A stretch of DNA of 64,000 bases from an uncultured Acidobacteriota bacterium (GTDB lineage Bacteria > Acidobacteriota > Blastocatellia > RBC074): positions 384,001-448,000 of the forward strand of contig CAWCKY010000007.1 in assembly GCA_963796275.1 (NCBI GenBank). The letters are read 5' to 3'. The notes under the pieces are model-generated. The model was given only the letters and a program-made list of their open reading frames with translations. It searched no databases and had not been told where the DNA came from. Positions within the stretch are counted from its first letter, which is position 1, and each line of letters starts with the position of its first letter. This document shows positions 57,219 to 64,000 of this stretch, piece after piece. Position numbers and translations under genes: made by a program.

Positions 57219-58299
57219 CGAACGGAATCCCAGTAATGGAGGCCAGGTCGCGTAATTCCTTGACCACGGAAGGGAGCAGCTGCACGCCGTCCCGTGAATG
57301 TTGATCACGAGCTATTCGCTCAGGGTCGCCTGGGATGAGCGGCCCATCGGTGCCGGGAGCCGGTTTGGTCTCGCGGAAAACACGAACCCACTCATCGATC
57401 CGTTGCTTGAACTCATCCGGATCGATAAAGCCGTCAATTCGTAGGGCGCCAAAAAAATGGCCGATGCCTTTTCCCACAGCACGCTTCGACGGTTTCAGAT
57501 GAAACGGAAACGGGGGGACGAAAGGCCCCCAGTTGGCACCACTTAATATTCCACACAGAATATCGACCATGGCGCTCAGACAGTAGCCTTTATGGCCGCC
57601 GTGTTCGCGGTCGACGCCGAGAGGGAGAATGGCTCCCCCATTGATCATCTCCACAGGGTAGACGGTCGCCCGCCCCTCGCCGTCGATAATCCACCCGGTG
57701 GGCACGGTCTCGGATTTACGAATGGCGTTCTCAATTTTTCCGTAAGATGTCGAACTCGTCGCCAAATCGATGACGATTGGCGACTCTTGGTAACCGGGAA
57801 ATGCGATGGCGATGGGATTGGTACCGAGCATCCGTTCCCCGCCCCACAAAGGTGCTACCTGGGGTGTGGTATTGGTCATGGCCCACCCAATCAGATCATA
57901 CTTCAAGGCATTCCAGGGATAGTAGCCTGCGATACCAAAATGGGAAGAATTACAGACGCTGACCCATCCGGCTCCAACCGCTACGGCTTTCTCCATCGCG
58001 ATCTGATTGGCCTTAGGTCCGACGACGAGACCGAGGCCATTATCGCCATCCAGAGCGGCGCAGGCCGGCAGCTGGCGGATGATCTGTATGTTAGGTCGCG
58101 GATTGGAGATGCCGCGAGTTAACATCTCATAGTAGTTGCGCAACCGCGCTACACCATGCGTGTCGATCCCCCAGGAATCTGCAGTAACCAGTACCTCAGC
58201 AGCTTGCGCCGCATCTTCCGCAGGAAGATTACAGTGAAGGAAGATACGCCGGGAAAACTCCAACAGATGATCCACCGGATAACCGGTTTGAGTAGGCAT
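57214..58299 (-). CDS. Ldh_2-family (malate/L-lactate-like) NAD(P)-dependent oxidoreductase
   Basis: ADSWGIDTHGVARL, LDGDNGLG, NSSHFG, LGTNPIA, DLATS, GGHKGY, IPGDPE; RBS GGAGG. Confidence 0.92.
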   Translation of the reverse strand: MPTQTGYPVDHLLEFSRRIFLHCNLPAEDAAQAAEVLVTADSWGIDTHGVARLRNYYEMLTRGISNPRPNIQIIRQLPACAALDGDNGLGLVVGPKANQIAMEKAVAVGAGWVSVCNSSHFGIAGYYPWNALKYDLIGWAMTNTTPQVAPLWGGERMLGTNPIAIAFPGYQESPIVIDLATSSTSYGKIENAIRKSETVPTGWIIDGEGRATVYPVEMINGGAILPLGVDREHGGHKGYCLSAMVDILCGILSGANWGPFVPPFPFHLKPSKRAVGKGIGHFFGALRIDGFIDPDEFKQRIDEWVRVFRETKPAPGTDGPLIPGDPERIARDQHSRDGVQLLPSVVKELRDLASITGIPFD

Positions 58300-58330
58300 C
58301 TTTACCCTCCATCTCCGATGTGCTGTAGCA

Positions 58331-58443
58331 CGAGTGCGTCTCTCGGCGAACCGAAGCCGGGGACCGGTGCCACGTTAAGATTGCTGCTACCATAAAACGT
58401 GGTGAGGTTGCGGATATTGACCCGGTTGAAAAGATTGAAGAAA
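58331..58443 (-). pseudogene. Fragment of an Oar-like TonB-dependent receptor C-terminus
   Basis: Translates FFNLFNRVNIRNLTTFYGSSNLNVAPVPGFGSPRDAL. Confidence 0.5.
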
Positions 58444-58470
58444 ACTGAAATTCAGGACACCTTTAGAATG

Positions 58471-59422
58471 TTAATCCCACTTTTTGTTGTTAAAACTGAA
58501 ATTCAGGACACCTTGTACCTTTATGGGCACGCCGTCGAGTGTAGTCGGTTTGAAGACCCATTTAAGAGCAGCTTCTATCGCTGCGGAGCGGAGTGACTGA
58601 TGGCCGCTGATGGCCCTGGCTTCGATAACGCGTCCCGATTCCGAGATGGTTACCTGTACCCTGACCATCCCGAAAGCACCCATCATCCTGGCAGTCGGTG
58701 GATAAACCGGTCTTCCTCTGTAGATGGCAATCCCATCCAGGATCGCATCACCTAACCGTTGGGGACCTTGGGGTCGCTCTGAATTTTGAAGTTGAGTGGG
58801 GGGTGGTGGCGGCACATCTTCCTCCCGAGATGACGGCTGTACCGAATCGAGCTCTGCCGTCAGTGCGTCCTTGTCTATGGAAATTCCAGATGGATTGGCA
58901 TTTACAGTCTGGGGCAGCGATTTGATCTGTTTCGGGTCGGCGCTGATTTCAGGGAGTTCGGCAGGCTGTTTTCCTGCGGGCTGCCGGGCGGCGGAAAGTA
59001 ACCGTGGCAACTCGCTTAATTTTTTCACTGCACGTAGTTGTTCTTGTGACTCAACAACTGCAAAATCGAAGGAAGCTTTGCCAGTCAGGCCTTTTTTGAA
59101 TGTTCCAATCAAGACCGTCATCACTACCTTACGCCCATCCTGTAATATGGCATTAGCCCCGATGCACTGCAGGCAGGTCGAGTTCCTTATCTGGCCCCGC
59201 AATGGGCTCCCCGCATTCCGACAATTGCCAGTTGATACCTGCGCGTGGGCCAACGAGCTGAGTGAACCATTCCTTCAAGTTCACATTCGGTAATGCAGGG
59301 TCTATATCTGATGCTTGTGTTCGTTGTACTAGATTAAACGCCTGTTTTTCCAACGATCCTGGCTCTTGCAGGGCATATCCCCGTATGCACAGCAGCATGA
59401 TGGCAAGCGCTGCGGCTTTCAT
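58471..59422 (-). CDS. Secreted protein with C-terminal TonB_C domain, frameshift at ~59168
   Basis: RBS GGAGG, signal MKAAALAIMLL; N-part ...ELDLPA joins CIGANAILQDG...; C-terminal PVYPPTAR..GMVRVQVTISESGRV..WVFKPT. Confidence 0.8.
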
Positions 59423-59839
59423 ATTCCTCCTGTTGCAAACTTACAGCGAGTACTCCATTGAGAATAGCGCACCTGGGAGCAGCCCAAAGTTCATGAGTTG
59501 TCACGAGAACATTGAGAATAGATAGTGGAGCGCGTGGGATCACCACAATGCTCCTTCAATCTGAAGGGGCGCTGTAATCAAGGGTTAATCCAGCACTCGG
59601 GTTAAAACCAATGTGGACTAACATCATTTGGGAGAATCGAGTACAAAATTACTGTGAGTTATTCTAATTTAATTAAGTAAATTCCCATGTAACTGGTGTA
59701 ACGTGAGCGTTAAACCGCAAAAACTCTCAAGCACGTAGCGCAACAGTACATTTATAGTCATCTTATGTCAACATTTTATGCACACATGCGCTTCGAAAAT
59801 GCAATCCCTTAACGAAGAAAGGTTGGTGGCTCAGCGAGG

Positions 59840-59985
59840 TTGAGGCGTGTTGTTTTGGAGTAGTCGGATTTCATTATGCTGATCGCATGCTAAAATGTTG
59901 CGAACATGCTCCTTGCCAGGTCCTCCGGCAGGCGGAAAGAGTTGAGCGTGCGTTTGAAGGTCGGCCTGATCCGACAATTACTGAA
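59840..59985 (+). pseudogene. Degraded ADOP permease fragment
   Basis: VVGFIMLIAC*NVANMLLARSSGRRKELSVRL...LIRQLL. Confidence 0.65.
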
Positions 59986-61335
59986 TGACGGCGACGGCGA
60001 AGTCCGCGTCATGGAGCCGGCGTAATGTTCAACTTCCCGGACTACGATCACGCCAAAATGCGGTTAAACTGCCAGGTACGTAATGTGTGTTTGCAAAATA
60101 TTCCGCTAGCCGAGCGGGACTTACGCTGTTTATGTTTATGGGGAGGTTAATACAAAAGCTGGTGTGACCCCGATACCATGCAGTGTACGTATTTCGCGTA
60201 AACTTGCTGTATCGATGACCAATATACTATTCCCGCGGAATTCAATTGTAGTAGCCGTAGCGTAGCTGAGGCGAAGCCATCTAAACTAGGGGGAGAATTG
60301 TTATTCGGGATGGGATACACAATATTCCTCCGGGTTGCTGTTTGCCTGCACGGTCGCCTTAAGCAGAAATGCGGCCTTGATACCGTAGATATCTCCGCTT
60401 GGGCCCGCGTACTGCATCATTGATATTGGGCAGAAGGATTGCTACAAGCTGTTCCAAATCAATGGATGCAGTCGGAATGAGATTTGACAAAGACACTGAT
60501 CGCTTCAGTTCTATTTGACGTTCGATCAATAAACTGCCTGCATTTTGAACAGGAGAGAAAGAGATTGATCAGAATGTGATTTCGCCGCTGTGTACTTTAA
60601 GTTTTTTACTTTCTGATATTCGAACCTATCGATATCGCTGCACGACTTACAATAATTGTGCATGGGGAAAAGTGCTCCTTTGGCTCAATTCTAACGTGAT
60701 GCCGGCAGTCAGCTAACACATCAGAAGGCTTTTTTATTATGGTATGGAATGAGAAAGTTGGTCTTCTTTGACCGTGAGGATATCCAAGAGACGGTAATGG
60801 CTTTCCCCCTTGCTATGAAGAAGATAACCTTTCCTCACAGCTGATTCCGCGGACATAGGTGAAGATCAACTGCTCAAGATGGGGTGGCCAGCTGAATTCT
60901 ACCCCGATTAATTAAAAAGTCAAAAATAATTAGAAGGCCAAAAGAAATTCTTGTCTTATGAGCATTTCATTCTATGTGTCGGCTAGATGGCTTTGCTGTA
61001 CCAAGTACTTTGTGCAAGTCTGATAAAACATCTTTTGTAACCGGTGTCTAGCGAGTAGGCCGTTCCCGGATGTTGAATTGCCTTTCACGTCCGCGGCACA
61101 AGCATTGCCGACCGTGACGATGCTACCGGGCATCACTCATGGCCGATCTCGTGAAAACGTGCAACAACAGGTACTTGTACAAGACCAAGGGCTCCGAGAC
61201 AGCCGAGTTGGCAGTGACATGCTCATAACACAGATCTAGCCCCAGAAGCCACGTGATAGCCTCGCTTTGCTCATCTACTGACATCTCCTGCCAGTGTCGT
61301 CTGTCTTCGGCCTTTTGCCTTATGTCAGCTTTTGA

Positions 61336-62436
61336 TCAAGGCATGAAATCGAAATCTGCCCAGAGGAGGTGATGGTCGGATGCCTCTTCAGATGCCTTGG
61401 TCACTGTATCAAATGGCTCCCACGTATTTGGGTGATATGACCCACGCCGTTCGATTCCTGTGGTTTGCAGTTTAGCTTGCAATTGCTGTGACATGATCAA
61501 GTAGTCGAGCTTGTTGCCCGCAAGCCCTGTCTGGTAGGTGCCCGGTCGGTCCTCGGGATAGTCCGGATGCGCCATTACATCTTCGAAGCCATCTGTGAAC
61601 AACGAGGACAGTGCCAGGCTGTCAGGCATGTCGTTCATATCACCACCCAGTAACACGAATGGCGACCGGGTGAGTGCGGCAACGGCAATTACGTGGGCGC
61701 CCTTCGCTTGTGCTTGGCGTCGATCCTGAGATGTCTGGTTATTTCCGTTTCGCTTCGACTTCAGGTGGTTAGGTATCACAATGAGCCGCTCTCCAGCGGG
61801 TAAGCTGATGTCGAACTCCGGACAGTCTCGGGAGAAGAGCCGCTCGCCATTGGTCGCCAGGTCATCGACGTGACTCCTAATCTCGACAATTGGAAACCGA
61901 CTGAGAATTCCGAGATCGATGCCGCGTTGATCATTCCCATCTATGACCATGAAATGCGGATAAGCGAAATCGAACTTAGCGCCTAGCACTTGCTCATTGA
62001 ATCGCTCGAGTGTGGGTCGGGTTTCGACTTCAACGGTAATGAGGATGTCGGGCTGAACTTCGCTGATTACGCGCCCCGTGTTATAGGTAGCTTCCCAATC
62101 CACATCCTCCCGCCGCAATTCGAACCATCCGACCCACGCGTCGCGCCCGCTGGCAACGACCTCAACTGGTCCGTTCTGCGGATCACGGAAAAGCGGGCTG
62201 CGGATCTTCTGTAGCTGAACTAGAGCGTTTTTTGGTGGATCTCGGTAGTGCCACTTGTATTTAGCGGTGAGCTCGAGGAGTTTGGCCCTGTCACTGGCAG
62301 AGTAAACGTCCTTCGCCACAATCCGATTGGCAGTGGCATGGTCCTCAATCGCCTCACGCCCCGCCGCATCAGTGGCTTGGTTCATCGCTACCGGGCGGGT
62401 GAAGAGATTCTCAAGATTGAAAGTGGCAAACCGCAT
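61336..62436 (-). CDS. Endonuclease/exonuclease/phosphatase family protein
   Basis: MRFATFNLENLF, PDILITVEVE, GNDQRGID, FSRDC, NHLKSK, GGDMND, LDYLI, SDHH. Confidence 0.9.
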   Translation of the reverse strand: MRFATFNLENLFTRPVAMNQATDAAGREAIEDHATANRIVAKDVYSASDRAKLLELTAKYKWHYRDPPKNALVQLQKIRSPLFRDPQNGPVEVVASGRDAWVGWFELRREDVDWEATYNTGRVISEVQPDILITVEVETRPTLERFNEQVLGAKFDFAYPHFMVIDGNDQRGIDLGILSRFPIVEIRSHVDDLATNGERLFSRDCPEFDISLPAGERLIVIPNHLKSKRNGNNQTSQDRRQAQAKGAHVIAVAALTRSPFVLLGGDMNDMPDSLALSSLFTDGFEDVMAHPDYPEDRPGTYQTGLAGNKLDYLIMSQQLQAKLQTTGIERRGSYHPNTWEPFDTVTKASEEASDHHLLWADFDFMP

Positions 62437-62899
62437 CATAGTATTCTCCCTTCATATCGCTGACCACACGCTGGTGGACCTGGTTATCATGCTTTTGCCC
62501 GACGGAAAGGTGCTCATCGCCAGGGAGTGACACCGCTCGGCGAATTGTTCCCGAGCGAACAAACTCAAGATGCTGGTACCGGCTTTGCCCCGCTAAGGCA
62601 GGTAGTGCCGCCGAGAAAAGACGTTGCCTGTCGTTGTAGTTTGCTTGAACGTCTACAAGGTTACCGGAATGGGTAAGTGTGATCTGCGCCATTGGAATAG
62701 TATCCGCAAGGATAAATGGCGCAAGACGGGCAATCAAATATAAGTCCGAGTTCTTATCAGTAATGTAAACGGAAGGTTCAGGATTCGTCCCTGACGAATC
62801 AATAACACCGATTCGATAGGCGCAAGAAGTAGTTTTGTAGGTTAATCGAAAGTAAAAGATAAAACGTTCGACAAGCTGTGCTTTTATTGAACGAAGCAT
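62411..62899 (-). CDS. Hypothetical protein (possibly frameshifted)
   Basis: Strong RBS AAAGGAGGAG before the ATG; co-oriented with and overlapping the EEP gene; no recognised motif. Confidence 0.45.
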   Translation of the reverse strand: MLRSIKAQLVERFIFYFRLTYKTTSCAYRIGVIDSSGTNPEPSVYITDKNSDLYLIARLAPFILADTIPMAQITLTHSGNLVDVQANYNDRQRLFSAALPALAGQSRYQHLEFVRSGTIRRAVSLPGDEHLSVGQKHDNQVHQRVVSDMKGEYYDAVCHFQS

Positions 62900-63394
62900 T
62901 GATGGTCTCCTCCTTTGTGGGTAAGTGATTCGGACTTAAATAATAGTATTAGAGCAGGAGTAGAGCGCGTTATTCATGCTTCCTCTCAAAGCTAGGAAAA
63001 CGGGAAGAAGTCAAATTACAAACGGGCTGCGACGCTTTTTATGAAGGATTCGAGATGCCGCTATGTCCACTCACAATGTTTATCCTGATGTTGTGTGGCG
63101 TTCCCGGGTCTTACACCTTGGCGTTGGATAGGACGAACGCGCGCGCAATTTAATGGCTGCCTACATGTTTCATCCCTGTATATTAAGTGATTTAATTAGT
63201 GCGAATCTTTCAGAATTTAATCATTTTCCGGGGAAGCGGAATAAAAAAGCTCAAGTGGAGACCGGAGGGAATGACCGCCTTTCTACTAATAAAAATGGTC
63301 ACTGGATAGCACGAATCTTGGCCACCGCTAATAACTTAGGAGTTACCGATGCGCAAGGGGGGATCAATGGAACCTGGTGGATGATAACGGCCCT

Positions 63395-63422
63395 TAGTCT
63401 GACAATAGGCCTTATGTAACCA
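63395..63422 (+). other. dif-like (XerC/XerD) recombination site candidate
   Basis: TAGTCTGACAA-TAGGCC-TTATGTAACCA; both arms resemble the site at 42082. Confidence 0.45.
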
Positions 63423-63772
63423 GTATGTTAAAAAGCAAGCAGTTACATCGATGTAATGATCAGGTTTCTGAAACCAATTGTATGAGAGTTTGGTGAGAAG
63501 AAAGCCGCCGGTTAATGTCCGCAGTGGCAGCTGGAGACCTTATTTCAGTTCAGAACTCGCCTGTTTGGGGAACAGGAGCTATATATATCTATATATATTC
63601 AGAATAAGGTTAGGAGTGGGTCATATTTTGATCCAACCACATGAAGAGGCGTTACACGCACACGGCGATGGGCCCATGACGCTTCCTAGTCAGCGCGACT
63701 TGCCGCCTTCACCTGACTCTGTCTAAACTACTCATCAGGAGCAGGCGAATCGCTCCAGATGAGGTGACGACT

Positions 63773-64000
63773 GTGCACGAGCCGACTCTCGTAACGAACG
63801 AAATGCCCGACCATCTTCGCAAAGGCCGCGAAACGTATGCGCTTCACGCGTGGGATGAGGCGTATCACGCCTTTCTCTGCGCGGATGAAGCGACTCCTTT
63901 GGAAGCGGACGATCTCGAGCAGCTGGCGACTGCTGCGTACCTGATCGGTCGCGAGTTGGAGTTTCAACGGCTCATCGAGCGCCTCCATCAGGTCCATCTC
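63773..64000 (+). CDS. N-terminus of a probable TPR-like/LuxR-type transcriptional regulator, running off the window
   Basis: GAGGTG RBS then GTG; LRKGRETYALHAWDEAYHAFLCADEATPLEADDLEQLATAAYLIGR resembles the N-termini of large LuxR-family regulators. Confidence 0.65.
   Translation, partial: MHEPTLVTNEMPDHLRKGRETYALHAWDEAYHAFLCADEATPLEADDLEQLATAAYLIGRELEFQRLIERLHQVHL

Noticed and set aside
60130-60580. Possible degraded minus-strand gene (..NSILVIDTASLREIRTLHGIGVTP.., propeller-like)
   Set aside because: Multiple stops and frame breaks; too weak to call without a search
61303-61330. TTATGTCAGCT as another dif-like site
   Set aside because: No XerC-like arm at the correct spacing
63728-63997. 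Minus-strand 89-aa ORF
   Set aside because: Antisense shadow of the plus-strand regulator-like gene that runs off the window

Overview
Bacterial chromosomal DNA, most likely from an Acidobacteriota genome or MAG. This is inferred from multiple ADOP-type duplicated permeases with PadR partners, Oar-like TonB-dependent receptors with CRTAC1/TPR proteins, and a DUF1585/DUF1552 pair. Left part (1-29 kb): DUF1552 locus, a secreted ADP-ribosylglycohydrolase-like protein, a ribose-type ABC operon with ribokinase, an FAD oxidoreductase, a serine hydrolase, an ankyrin protein behind a strongly structured 5' leader, and PadR/ADOP arrays in various states of decay. Middle (29-40 kb): oligogalacturonate lyase and two Oar-like receptors with TPR-PPIase and CRTAC1 proteins. 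Right (40-64 kb): an AT-richer accessory zone with an immunity-gene pseudogene, a group II intron tail, two dif-like sites and a small NRPS cluster. The cluster has an MbtH fusion, an HmaS-like dioxygenase, a PLP aminotransferase, a 3-module NRPS with dual E/C domains (Leu, Phe, unusual third code) and an Ldh2 oxidoreductase. Best candidates for new biology: a possibly non-canonical arylglycine pathway feeding an NRPS built by A-core swapping, the anti-SD pseudoknot leader of the ankyrin gene, and the dif-like sites bracketing the cluster. Several single-base frameshifts may be sequencing errors. No rRNA, tRNA or CRISPR array was seen. All family calls come from motif recognition by eye, not database searches.
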